From Octopus vulgaris (taxonomy: Eukaryota), in the NCBI GenBank assembly GCA_951406725.2, contig OX597819.1, positions 55,304,001-55,368,000 of the forward strand: DNA of 64,000 nucleotides. Direction: 5' to 3'. Positions within the stretch are counted from its first letter, which is position 1; each line of letters starts with the position of its first letter. Positions 1-12,496 of the stretch are shown here, piece by piece. The position numbers were made by a program, and so were the translations under genes. The notes beneath the pieces are model-generated. The model saw nothing but the letters and a program-made list of their open reading frames with translations, had not been told where the DNA came from and ran no database searches.

Positions 1-494
1 CTAGTAAATTCTGGGGAACGTGAAGGCCAGTTGACATTGGTGTAGTGGGAGATTATTCTCTCCCCAAAGCACTGCCATAGCAACTGCATTGTTTCTCTTG
101 CAGTATGAGCAGTTGCCCCATCATGCTGGAACTATGTTTGAGTTCTACTTTGAATGGCCTTCACATTCCTCAGATTTGACTAGCCCAGATTTTTTCATGT
201 GGGGATACCTAAAAGAGACCCTGGTGCAACTGAAGGAGAACATCAATAGAGAAATCAGAGAAGTGGGGTCTGAAACTCTTGAGAGTGTTATGACACAGGT
301 TTTGGAAAGACCATGACTGACATTTAAGCGATGTCATTTTTCATATGTGATGTACTAGTGTTGCAAAATTTGACTTATGCATATCAATTTCCATTATGTC
401 CTTTATATTGTATCAAAATTTCATGCATTTATTTGTAAAGTTAATGGAGTTATTAAAAACTGAAACCCATCAGTGACTTTTGGTACACCCTGTA
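1..494. mobile_element. Degenerate Tc1/mariner DD41D (rosa/Visitor-type) transposon relic made of two oppositely oriented transposase 3' pieces
   Basis: Minus strand 139..1 translates FQHDGATAHTARETMQLLWQCFGERIISHYTNVNWPSRSPEFT. Plus strand 140-316 translates WPSHSSDLTSPDFFMWGYLKE. Combining the two gives 41 residues between the second and third catalytic D. The right end CACCCTG|TA is a typical TIR end plus TA. Confidence 0.8.
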
Positions 495-709
495 TATATC
501 ACCATCATCATCATCATCATCATCATCATTTAATGTCCATCATGCATGCTGGCTAGCATGTGTTGGATGGTTTCACTGGAGCTGATAAGCTAGAGGTCTG
601 CACCAAGCTACACTGTCTGATTTGGCATGATCTCTACAGCTGGAAGCCTTTCCTAATACTAACCTCATCACAGAGTGGACTGAATGCTTTTTACATGGCC
701 CCAGCACAT

Positions 710-768
<59 letters not shown>

Positions 769-1123
769 TATATATATACCATGCATATTTCTTCACTTTC
801 CATTTACCAAATCCACTCACAAGGCTTTGATAGGCGTTATGTGTTGCCATAATAGAAAACATTTGCCCAAGGTGCAGTGGAACTGAACCCAAATCGCATG
901 GTTGGGAAGCAAAATTCTCACCTGCACAGCTATACCTGCACCTAAATCTACACACACAAAGTAAGGCATGAAGTACCCATGATAAGAATACTGTTTCTGC
1001 GACTATTATGGTATTGATATAGACTCACTTCACTAATACAACCTTCTCGATAATGAACACATTGTAACCAGAAAGCAACATATTTTCATAGCCACCTCTG
1101 ATTACAAGAAACATTACACCTAC

Positions 1124-1135
1124 CTGTGTTATATA
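1124..1135 (-). CDS. Candidate 12-nt microexon (TATATAACACAG) of an unidentified minus-strand gene
   Basis: Minus strand reads ...atctttttatgtatgattgctttttag|TATATAACACAG|gtaggtgt. It has a T-rich tract with TGC near the AG, a strong CAG|GTAGGT donor, a length divisible by 3 and a unique-sequence context. Splice motifs only. Confidence 0.4.
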
Positions 1136-1384
1136 CTAAAAAGCAATCATACATAAAAAGATAGTAAAAGCTCACAAAAAATTTTGTAACCATATCGTAT
1201 AACATATCACAGAATATCGATGCCCAAGTGTGTAACCCTATCTCACACACTGATTTGCCTGAATCAAATTTGGCCAGAGTACAAAAATAAACCGTAAGAG
1301 AGAGGCTGAGTACCATGCTAAAATTATACATGAAGACAAATGTATGCGTGTGTGTGTGTGTGTGTGTGTGTGTGAGTGTGTGTC

Positions 1385-1506
1385 TATAATATGCACAAGG
1401 CGAATTTTGCAACACCACTACATCACATGAAAAATGACATCGCTTAAATGGCAGTCATTCTCGGCTATGTATTCCTGTGCTCTTTTCAAAACTTGCATCA
1501 TAACAT
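1385..1506 (-). mobile_element. Second fragment of the DD41D transposon 3' end
   Basis: The reverse complement matches 290-385 and translates [26 protein letters not shown], a transposase C-terminus. Confidence 0.7.
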
Positions 1507-1535
1507 ATATGTATGTATGTCTATATGTGTGTGTG

Positions 1536-1601
<66 letters not shown>

Positions 1602-1613
1602 TATATGTCTGTA

Positions 1614-1671
<58 letters not shown>

Positions 1672-2187
1672 GTGTGCTTGTGTGTGTATCTCTTTCTCTG
1701 ATACATACATACATACATATGTATATATAAGTTACTGAAATACGTATGTTTTAGGAAGCATAAAATACAATATACTTTTGCGTGTGTGTGTGCATGTATG
1801 TGAGTGTGTGTGTCAGTGTGTGTGTGTGCATGTATGTGAGTGTGTGTGTCAGTGTGTGTGTGTGCATGTGTGTTTGTGTGTGTGTGTGTGCATGCATGTG
1901 TATTTACATAAGGAGTAATCTGACAGAGTTCTTAGTGTATCAGATGATAGAATGTCTGGTGTTATTTGTTCTGTCTTTCTGTGTTCTGAGTTCCAGTCCT
2001 GCCAATGTCAACTTAGCCTTTCATCCTTCAGAGGTCAATAAATAAAGTATCAGTTGAGTTCGAAGTCAATTTCTCTCTCTGTTTCTCTCTTCCTCTCAAA
2101 ATAACTGACTATACTGTTCGTTGAGAGGCTTGTGGGTGTCCACTAAGTGTCTTCATTATCAGAAAGGATAGGAGGGAGACCTTACTG

Positions 2188-2570
2188 CAGTGTTTCTCAA
2201 CCTTTTTACCCTTAAAAATAAATTACATATCTCAAGGAACCCCTGCACAAAAAAAATTATATACCATCTCTTTCTCACATTTTTTCATCGTAGTTCACAT
2301 GGTAAATATCATTTATATATATATGTGGTTGTTATATTTTTGACAACATAATAGGTTAAATAGGATGATATCTATATTACAATATTAAATAACCAATAAT
2401 ACGTTGTGCATGTATAGTAATATTATGATCATGAAATTAGCATTAACTCATGCTAGCATGGAAAATGGACGCTAAATGATGATGATGATTATTTCATTCT
2501 TTCTCAGAGAACCCTTAGGAACCATTTGTGGAAACCTAGGGTTCCAGGGAACCCCAGTTGAGAAATGCTG
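2188..2570. mobile_element. Non-autonomous hAT (Charlie-like) MITE
   Basis: TIRs CAGTGTTTCTCAAC and GTTGAGAAATGCTG. The 8-bp flanks ccttactg and tcctactg form a degenerate TSD. Confidence 0.75.
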
Positions 2571-3497
2571 TCCTACTGACAAAATTAAAAGTATATCCCG
2601 AGAACTCAATAAAACCATCTGCACACATTCCAACAGTTGGCAGTTGCAGATAATGGTGATGGTATATTTACACACACACAAAACATACATAAACAGGCAC
2701 AAAACATACATATAAATTTTTTTTTTCTTGAGAGCACTGGAATTGAAGAAAGTTATTTAAGTAGGCGGCACAAAGACAAAATTTCAAATAGGTCAATAAA
2801 AGTTGAAATATATATGAAAAAAAATATGTATGTTGAAATGAATAGAATAAAGAAAGAAATCACAAAAAATATAAAAAATAGATAAGTAATTAAATAAACA
2901 TATATATGAATATGTAAATAATAATAGAGACAAGTTTTTGATATTTAACATGGTGGCTATTTGAATTAATAAATAAAAAGGTTAATTCATAAAATTGTGA
3001 ATCAATATTGTCTTATGTCATGCCATAGTTTTTATTCCTTAGAGAGATGAAATCACACAAAGTAAAATACTCTAATAATTAAACAGTAATTTTTACATCA
3101 GTTAATGATCAAAGATCAAACTTGTTAGATCAACATGAATAGCTTGCAAAATCAAAGCAACTTCTAATGATGCTCTGTAAAAGCAGATTCACTCAAAATT
3201 AGTTATATTGGTAAAATTAACAATAACCCAGCTAGAAATATTAACAGAAAATGCAGAGTTATCTGGTATAATCCTCCATACAACCAACAAGTAACAACAT
3301 TCATAGATAAAACATTTTCCGCACTGTTAAAAATGCATTTTCCACCTTGTTACAAATGTCAAAAATTCATTTACAGATACTTCATTAAAGTTTCATATTT
3401 TGCTACAACTAACATATGATAATTTTTAGACAATACAAAATAGATCTAAATTATATGAGAATAATTCTAACCACAATACAATTTATTCATACACAGA

Positions 3498-3902
3498 GGC
3501 GCAGGAGTGGCTGTGTGGTAAGTAGCTTGCTAACCAACCACATGGTTCCGGGTTCAGTCCCACTGCGTGGCATCTTGGGCACGTGTCTTCTGCTATAGCC
3601 CCGGGCCGACCAATGCCTTGTGAGTGGATTTGGTAGACAGAAACTGAAAGAAGCCTGTCGTATATATAAGTGTGTGTGTATATGTTTGTGTGTCTGTGTT
3701 TGTCCCCCTAGCATTGCTTGACAACCGATGCTGGTGTGTTTACGCCCCCGTCACTTAGCGGTTCAGCAAAAGAGACCGATAGAATAAGTACTGGGCTTAC
3801 AAAGAATAAGTCTCGGGGTCGAATTGCTCGACTAAAGGTGGTGCTCCAACATGGCCGCAGTCAAATGACTGAAACAAGTAAAAGAGAGTAACAGTAAAGA
3901 GT
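3498..3902 (+). mobile_element. Full-length tRNA-derived SINE, family A (internal TA/TG microsatellite, AAAGAGTA tail)
   Basis: A box TGGCTGTGTGG and B box GGTTCAGTCC. Many homologous copies occur in the window, e.g. 25534-25970, 40600-41017, 46175-46552, 52870-53260, 62299-62695. Confidence 0.9.
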
Positions 3903-4038
3903 ATCCCATTGAATACCCATTGTGATCATGTTAGGATATTGTAGAACTAATGACATGGTAAAATCATACATTAGTATGACTGCAAGTTCATTTCAGAAAA
4001 GGCATTAAACAATTCTGCCAGTTCCACCTTAATAATAT

Positions 4039-4735
4039 TTTCTACTATAGGCACAAGGCCTGAAATTTTGGGGGATGGGATAGTCAATTACATCAACCCC
4101 AAACACCTGACTGGTACTTAATTTAACCCCAAGAGGATAATAGGCAAATTTGAACTCAGAACATAAAGACAAATGAAATGCTGCTAAGCATTTTGCCCAG
4201 TGTACTAATGACTTGCCAGCTCACCACTTTAGATCCACCTCAATAATGACAATTATAATAATAACAATTATGGTTTCAAATTTTGTGACAAGGCCAGCAA
4301 TTTCAGTTTAAGTCAATTACATCAACTGCAGGCTGATGTGTACTTATTTTAATCAACCCTAAAGGATGAAAGGCAAAGCTGACCACACTGAAATTTGAAA
4401 TCAGAATTTAAGGATGGGACAAAAATGCCACTAAGCACTTTTCCCGGTGTGCTAATGATTCTGCCAGCTTGCTGCCTTAAATAATAACAATAATAATAAT
4501 AATCCTTTCTACTACAGGCACAAGGCCTAAAATTTGGGGGAGGGGAATAGTCAATTACATCGACCCCAGTGTTTCACTGGTACTTAATTTATTGACCCTG
4601 AAAGGATGAGAGGCAAAGTCGATCCCAGTAGAATTTGAATTCAGGACGTAAACGTGGATGAAATACCATATAATAATAATAATAAAAATAATAATAATAA
4701 CAATAATAATAACAATAACAATAATGATGATGATG

Positions 4736-4771
<36 letters not shown>

Positions 4772-4893
4772 GTTTCAAATTTTGCCACAAGGGCAGCAAT
4801 TTTGGGGGAGGAGATGAGTTGGTTACATCAACCCCAGTGTTCAACTGGTACTTAATTTATCGATTCCGAAAGGATGAAAGGCAAAGTCGACCA
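4039..4893 (-). mobile_element. Cluster of four degenerate family B SINEs (Meta/MESC-like core) separated by (AAT)n
   Basis: Repeated reverse complement of GCCTTTCATCCTTTCGGGGTCGATAAA...GTACCAG at about 4039-4228, 4270-4478, 4505-4660 and 4772-4893. Confidence 0.8.
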
Positions 4894-5517
4894 AATTAGT
4901 ATCCAACACTTTCTGTTTACTCTATCTTGCTCTCTGTTTCTGTTATACCTTATGTCAATCTAATACACCCTGCCAGCCTGCACAGTTCTTTTAACCCATC
5001 CAGGTTTGTTTGTTTGTTTAGTAGTAAAGATGTTGCCCTATCAACTATCAACCTTCACCTTTCTACTCTGTTACCATTCGAAAATATGTTATTAAAATAG
5101 AACGCTCAATGACATTGTTATGTCTTATTTTTATGTTATATTTGTGTTATGATACGCTATAATTAGTATTGGTACTGTTTGATGTTTGTCGTCGATCTAT
5201 TATTAAAAAAATATCTGAAAGCATTTCACAAATACAAAAAAGAATTTTGAAGAAGGGAGCACAAAATAAGTAACATATGCAGTTTGCGTTCTTCGGAATG
5301 TAATCTTAACTAGATCTCTCTGTCTCTCTTTCATATATACACATATACCTATATACACGATACACAGACATACATTCACAAGTGCACATATGTATAAACA
5401 TGAACAGAGACATAATAATGAAATATGAACTGAAGTATATTTGATATTTGAGCAATGAATGAAAAGAGCAGTTGGAAATATAACCCCGTAGAACAACATC
5501 ATGTTAGTTATCTACTT

Positions 5518-5564
<47 letters not shown>

Positions 5565-5689
5565 CACACACACACATTTATACATACATGCTTACCTATC
5601 CGTATGTTTATGCACAGTATACTCACACACATGTATATCCATACAAACGCTCATACATGTTCACACACATACATTTGCTGTTTGAGAAA

Positions 5690-5915
5690 GATAGTTGTGG
5701 AAGTAGGGCTTGTAGCAACAAGATAGCTAGGGTTCAAAAGGAATGGAAGAATGTTAGGGAGCTACTAGTCTTACAGGCACCAAAGGATCATACTTTACTG
5801 TACAAAGATGTGTGTAAGAATGTTAATGGTAGTGAAATGTGAGCAGTGGATGCAGAAGCTCTGCAGTGATAAGACTAGGAACAAATTTGGTTCAGTCCAT
5901 TAGATGTTCAATGTT
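5690..5915 (+). mobile_element. RTE-clade LINE fragment (post-RT region), degenerate
   Basis: CSNKIARVQKEWKNVRELL...LYKDVCKNVNGSEM*AV resembles the RTE motif ARVRIGWKKFRELL...LHGSETWAV. Confidence 0.6.
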
Positions 5916-7525
5916 AACTTACATTTTTATATTTTGTATTATGTATGCTGTGATTAATAGCATTGCTGATTATAGGTTCTTAACAAGCCAATCACTGAGT
6001 CACAGCATTTATAATGATGAGAGTGACAAGGGAGTGTCTGTGCAACTCGGGCAGAGTAGATATCAATACAGTGTTTTTGTTTGAATACAAATAATTTTTC
6101 AGCATTTTCACCAATGCTTAGATCTTTCACTCACACACACACACACAAAGGGCTTGTACAATATTCTACATGGTCAACATTTATTTTGACGGACACGTAA
6201 GTTGACGAACTGGAAAAAAAGAGAAAAATGGTAAAATAAATGTGTTCTCTACTTAAATACCCAGATTAGTTTGAACCATGTCAACTAGATAGCCTCAACA
6301 TGATAGCTTGATTTGATAAAAATAGTAACAAATATCATATCACCAGCTTGAACAAAACGGTAGATATTAGATAATGTAATAGTAAATGGAAACTGTATAA
6401 AATTCCATTATGTACATACATACACAAAATGCACACACATGCAATACACACATGTTTACACATACATCTATGCTAATTTTTACCTGTATACAACTAGTGT
6501 CCTGTCCAGATGTGTGACTTAGTGATATAATAAAATAAATATCAGAATGAAATATTGGGGTCATTATGACTGACTGAACCCTAAAAACGCAATTCCCCAG
6601 CATGACTATAGTCCTATGACTTTAACCAGTAAAAAAAAAAAAAAAAAAAATCAACCAAGACACTGTTGGAAACAAAAATAGAAGAAAGAAAAAAGAAAAG
6701 GAAACCTCTACATGGTCACACAACCTGTTAGATATAACAACTAAATCTCCTTTAAGACACACTAAATCATTTTAGAACATTAAGGAAAGTAAATCACCCC
6801 TTCAGTCTGTAGACTGGGGTGGCAACTTGGGAAAGTTCTAGCAACCCCTTAGCCTCCCATGTCAGAGATATGGTAAAGATGTCAGCAGCAGGACACTGGA
6901 TAACCAACAAGGTGGAGGAGTCCTAGACGAATAGCTTGAAGGTTATTGTGGCCAAATGGTAGATCTGCACCAACAGACATAGCACTAAGATAGCACCAAA
7001 GATAGCACTAAAAGAAAACATAAAGTGGGGGCAATGATCACAGCTGAAATATCTTCGATTAGAGCAAGCCAACTGGATCTAGACCAACCTGGGGCGAAAC
7101 AACAATTGCAACACCCACAACGTATAATCATAAACTAAACTTTCATAAAATGTTACAAAAGCACAAAAGATTTTCGTATTACCATCCATAACTAATTACA
7201 AACCTTGCATGCAATAAATGTGAAATGACTAATGCAAATCGAAAACTTAAATGTAATACATGAAAGTTATAAACAACCACGACTTTAGCTGCTACCTTTT
7301 GAAATATAGGTGCCAGACGTTTTTGTTGATTAACGATGTATTAACAACAAGAAAGCCATTGCAACACATGAAAATCATATGACACAAAACAGTATTTAAT
7401 GATATTTTACAGAGATTAATAACCCAAAATATTGGTTACTGAAATCACAATAGCAAATTATGACACGAAACACAACAATACACTTCAACCTCAACAATAA
7501 AATAACACAAGACAGTATGACCTTG

Positions 7526-7602
<77 letters not shown>

Positions 7603-7627
7603 CACACACACACACACACACACATAT

Positions 7628-8490
7628 ATCCTTTTATTCTTTTATTTGTTTCAGTCATTTGACTGCGGCCATGCCGGAGCACTGCCTTTAGTCGAACAAA
7701 TCGACCCCAGGACTTATTCTTTGTAAGCCTAGTTATTATTCTATTGGTCTCTTTTGCCGAACTGCTGGGGATGTAAACACACCAACATCACATGATGGCA
7801 GGGAGGACGAACACAGACACACAAACATATACATATGCGTATATATATATCATCTTCATCATCATCATCATCATTGTTTAACATCCGCTTTTGTATGCTG
7901 ACATGGGTTGGACAATTTGACTGAGGACTGGCAAGCCAGCGGCTGCACCAGGCTCCAATCTGATCTGGTAGAGTTTCTACAGCTGGATGCCCTTCCTAAC
8001 GCCAACCACTCCGAGAGTGTAGTGGGTGCTTTAATGTGCCACTGGCATGAGGGCCAGTCAGGCAGTACTGGCAATGACCACACTCAAATGGTGTTTGTTA
8101 CGTGCCACCTGCACAGGTGGCCAGTCCAACGGCACTGGCAACGGCCTCGGTTGAATATTGTTTTTCACATGCCACCGGCACAAGTGCCAGTTAGGTGATG
8201 CTGGTACCGATCATGCTTGAATGGTGCTTTTTATGTGCCATTGGCATGAGAGCCAGTCAGTGGCCCTGGCAACGATCATGCTCAGATGGTGCTCTTAGTG
8301 CTCCACTTGCATGGATGCCCTTCATGTGGGGCTGACATCAAATTTGATTTTGATTTCGATTTCACTTGCTTCAACAGCTCTTCACAAGCAGAGTTTAGTG
8401 TCTAATGAAGGAAAAGTACGTATAAGTGGGCTGGTTACTACCCTGGCATAGGCCACGGGTTATGGTTTCACTTGGCTTGCCAGGTCTTCA
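7628..8490 (-). mobile_element. Family A SINE 3' half (7628-7830) next to a family C element with (GAT)n tail and internal degenerate ~60-bp repeats (7850-8490)
   Basis: Homologous to 3498-3902 and to 27101-27549. Contains the family C signature GGATGCCCTTCCTAACGCCAACCACTCC. Confidence 0.85.
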
Positions 8491-8590
8491 TATATATATA
8501 TATACCCAGCACTCGAACAGTACTTTTTATGTCCCACAGGCACAGGTGCTAGTTATGTGACATCAACATTGGCCACTTTATGTATATTAT

Positions 8591-8788
8591 TACTAAAAGG
8601 TTCCAATTTCTAGTACACCAAGTTGATCATCTCCAATCATTAGTTGGTAAACTGAGCCTGGTTTTCGTTTTAAATATTCAGTGTCTGGATATTTTTTTGA
8701 ATATTTGAAAGAAAACCAGGTTTGGTTTACCAGCTAATGATCAGAAATGAGTAACTCTGAGCACTGGGAATCGGGAGCCTTTCATGTA
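8591..8788. mobile_element. Palindromic (foldback) MITE with ~90-bp inverted arms and TA ends
   Basis: The reverse complement of 8698-8788 aligns with 8591-8680, e.g. ATCATTAGTTGGTAAAC...CCTGGTTTTC versus GAAAACCAGG...GTTTACCAGCTAATGAT. Confidence 0.75.
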
Positions 8789-9287
8789 TAATGTATTAAA
8801 AAATACTCTACATTTGTATTGAGTCCTGTAATTGATCGCTTCTGGTGAATCAACAAAGACTTATATATACATTGTCAGGTCATTGCCGACTACGTTGGCA
8901 CCTCCATCAGGCTAGCTTAGTGATGGGGCTTTGCTACAAACCCACCACTGTGTTAACAACTATCTAGCAATAATATGCAGGGACATAGAAAAAATTGAGA
9001 TATTGAACAAGCACACTGAAGCCTAGTTCTAGTCAGAACATGACTAGAAGAGGGGTAGAGAAGAAGCTCCCTAGCTATAATGAGAGGGGAACCTATTTAC
9101 ACTGGTGCCTTGTAGATAATAAACTGTGGTAAATAGTTTTAAGGTGGTTTCTAACACAGTGGATTTCTGAAAGGCTTCTGCTGCTGAGAGGAGGTGCCAG
9201 CCATCTTGGGCCATCCTTGCCAATGGATTAATCTCCTTCACAGAAAAGAGAATGATACTAGAAAATGTGTACTCTCAATACTACAAT

Positions 9288-9289
<2 letters not shown>

Positions 9290-9325
<36 letters not shown>

Positions 9326-9470
9326 ATGTGTATTAGATACAATCACTTGCTGGGTCACACCTAGCACACTAGGATGAAAGTGGGGAGGGCAGTACAAAAA
9401 TACATTTATATAATACAACACAACACAAACATTTAGAGTTTTTTCTAAGCATGTGGGTGATACTTGTCAA
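9290..9470 (-). mobile_element. Probable Dong/R4-clade non-LTR retrotransposon 3' end terminating in (TAA)n
   Basis: Minus strand translates LTSITHMLRK, then TLNV after a one-base shift, resembling the Dong C-terminus LLGTAHILRKTL. A short 3' UTR runs into the TAA repeat. Confidence 0.5.
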
Positions 9471-9837
9471 TTATTACCTCTGCCTTAGCGAAGGCAGAGA
9501 TATTGTTTTCAGTTGTGTTTGTTTGTCTGTGGACAAAATATCTCAAGAACCGCTGGATGGATTCGGATGAAACTTTCAGGGATGTTTGACCTCATGACTG
9601 ACATGGACTGATTAGATTTTGGGATTGATCTGGTACCGGACAAGGAGTCTGGATTATTTCTCCTGTTTTTTAAAAATTAATTTTTGAGAGCAGTCTGGTT
9701 CATTTTTAGTATTCTCATTTGTGACAGTAGTCAAGTTTATTTCAGATATTCTCATTTTAAAAATCATCTGAGGCTAATCATTTAGAGGATGTTGGTGTTG
9801 CCTTGGCAGAGGTTTGTGCTCTCTGAGAGTTCTTGTT
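9471..9837 (+). mobile_element. Helentron-associated non-autonomous element (HINE/DINE-1-like)
   Basis: Starts TTATTACCTCTGCC...GGCAGAG, has a GTTTGTTTGTCTGT microsatellite, the GGATTCGGATGAAACTT motif and a 3' subterminal GGCAGAGGT followed by a CTCTC/GAGAG hairpin and CTTGTT. A second copy lies at 24144-24467. Confidence 0.7.
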
Positions 9838-10019
9838 ATTTATTATTATTGCTCAAATTCTGCTGAGATCAACTTTGTCCTTCCTCCTTTCAAGGTTGAG
9901 CACTGGGATCAATGTTACCAACACTTTCTCTACCCTAAAATAAAAAAAATTACCTTGTTACTCTTCCAAAATATGCATTGTTTCTCTGTTGAGCTTCCCA
10001 TTACCCCTAAGTCCCTTTA

Positions 10020-11585
10020 TTCTAATAGCTTCTTTCCGTGAACTGTTGCCCCCTGGAACACATTACCCTAGTCTTGTTTTCCTCCTGGATAATGATATTC
10101 AATCCTGGAACCATTTAGCATTTAGATTATCCTTTAGCATTCAGACTACACTTTGCTTACAAAGTGTAGTTTGTCACCCATCACACCACATGCAGGTTTT
10201 CGCTGTTTTTCTTAACATAGGTTTCCCTATTTTCTTCCACATGTCAGTGTTAATGATTAAAATGTCTCTACCAGTATCCAGTTCTAATTTGATATTTACT
10301 CCATTTACTTTTACATGTACAAATTTCCTTATTTGGGAGTTAATTTTACTTTCTGCTGAGAGCACTTCAGAATTTTTTATATTTTAACCTCGTACTTTTG
10401 TTCTGCAGTGTGAACTCTTTTGTGTTCAAATTTTTGACAACTGTCCTTTTAAAAGGACAATCTTTTCTGAAATGTAGGCCTCCACATCTGTAACATGGAT
10501 TAGGACCTAGCAATCTTCTTTGGTTACACTTTCTCGGTCAATATATCTGTATTTTCGCAAAATCCTTTCCTTGAATTTTTCTTACGTCATGTTTCAGGTT
10601 CACCATCCTTTGACACTCTTCTGCAAGTCTGCAGAGTTAAATCTCGGTTCACTTGTTCAAGTTTTGAAAGAATTCTTGCCCATATTTCTGTATCTTCATT
10701 TGCTGTAGGGCCTTGTACAAAAATGAGGCACTAAAACATCTCAGGAATAAGTTCTTTAAGTTTAAAACTTTCACACATTCTGTTGACTGTTCCTGCATAC
10801 ATAATAAAGTCATCATCCTCTTTCTTAGTTAAATTCCAACACTCCATTCGAGTGTTAAATAGAGAAGTTTTATCACCGAACATGTTAGACAATAATTTGA
10901 TTGTTTCCTGAAAACAAATTTCACTAGACTTTTTGGGAAATATGAAATTACGGTATTGTTCATACTGAGACAGAGCTAATTTACGTAATAATAACCTTAC
11001 TTTTTCTTCATCTGACCATGTTTTGCAATCTTCCTTAAAAAATCTCCTCGTACCTACTGTAGTATGCTGCAAAAGTTATACTCTCCTCTGGGTTATAACT
11101 GAATTCTGTAATGAAGTTCAATGTACCGTCTGGCGAAAACAAACTTACCACATTTTTGGACTTCTTTGCGTATAGCTCCAATAATTGTAGTTGTTACTGT
11201 ACTAGTTGATTCTGTAACTCCTGTTGCTGTTCTTGTTGTTGCTTCTGCAACTGTATTATAGAAGCTAATAGGCTTTTCATCATTTAACAATTGTATCATG
11301 AACAAATTGTTAAATAACCAACATGAGCTTCAAAATCCTCATCACCAGATGTATCCTCTGTCTACAAATATCATGGTACCACCACGATATTGTGATGGAT
11401 GGTTTAGAGACACTGTACCAGTGTAGTAACAATAAACAAGATAACGATGCAACCATGATAACAATGCAATGATCCAACAATCTCTTCACGAACTAACACA
11501 TAAATTTCACTCAGACCACTACTATTTATAACTGCTCGGTCCAATCTATTTCTCGTAAGGGGGCATCGTGACTCTCATCACAACA
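10020..11585 (-). mobile_element. Gypsy (Mag/K02A2.6-like) LTR retrotransposon 5' remnant: LTR 11585-11350, PBS, gag, zinc knuckle, aspartic protease
   Basis: The LTR runs TG...CA with a TATAAATA box and is followed by a PBS-like TGGTGATGAGG. Gag reads WSDEEKVRLLLRKL...SLFNTRMECWNLTK, the knuckle reads CYRCGGLHFRKDC and the protease reads VKVNGVNIKLELDTG. Stops and frameshifts are present; RT and integrase are missing. Confidence 0.85.
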
Positions 11586-11598
11586 CACACATGCACAC

Positions 11599-11647
<49 letters not shown>

Positions 11648-11649
<2 letters not shown>

Positions 11650-12496
11650 GGGTGCAGTGAATAAACTGTCATCTAAATTGTGCAAAAATGGAAATAACAT
11701 TGACATCTCATTTTAACAGATATATTTACTGAAATTACATAAAAATATCTTGAAATACTTAAGAGTAAATTTATTCAATGAAATCACCATTCGCTTCAAC
11801 CAAGGCCTCCAGATGACTTTGGAATCTTCTGCAACTCTTCTGGACAGTTTCCTTCTTTAAGTTGGTGAATGCTGCCATAATCCTTGCCTTCAGTTCATCT
11901 ATAGTGTTACAAGCTGGTCTCTCGCTCGACTGTGCCATAGACATAATTATCAATGGGGTTGCAGTCCGGGGAGTCAGGTGGCCAGATGTTAGGGGAGATG
12001 TGGTCACAGAAATTGTTTAACTGCCATGACTGGGTTCTCCTGCATGTGTGGCATGGTGCAGAGTCCTACTGCCAGACATAGGGTCGTCCAGCAGCTACCC
12101 TATTGACCCAGGGCAGCATTACCTCCTCCAGGCACTTGATGTAGGCCTCCATGTTTAGTCTGAGGCCATGTGGGAAGATGAATGGAGGCATAATGTTGCC
12201 ATCACTAGTGATCACTCCAAACACCATGATGTTGACTGGGTGTTTGATTTTGATCACTCTTGGTATATGTCCTCAGACTGACACCCAAATACTCTGAAAT
12301 GTTCATACTGAAGCTTCTGGCGTAAATGCCAAGCAGTACAGCATATCATTTCTGAATTTCTAGCAGAGTGAAGTGCGTCATGGTGCTGTTTTTCTCACAG
12401 ACAGTGCCCAACTGACCCTACTATACTGTGTAGTTGACAAAATGCATGCACAAAATTAAAAATATAAAATGGTGACAATTTACCCATCACACCCTG
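11648..12496 (-). mobile_element. Internally deleted Tc1/mariner DD37D (maT) transposon
   Basis: Imperfect TIRs TAGGGTGCAGTGAATAAACTGTCATC and GGTGACAATTTACCCATCACACCCTG. Translation ...GRPYVWQ*DSAPCHT...WPPDSPDCNPID has exactly 37 residues between the two Ds. Confidence 0.9.

Noticed and set aside
1418-2045. ORFs rich in YI/CV/HT repeats (also 52217-52822 and 62962-63594)
   Set aside because: These are translations of dinucleotide microsatellites.
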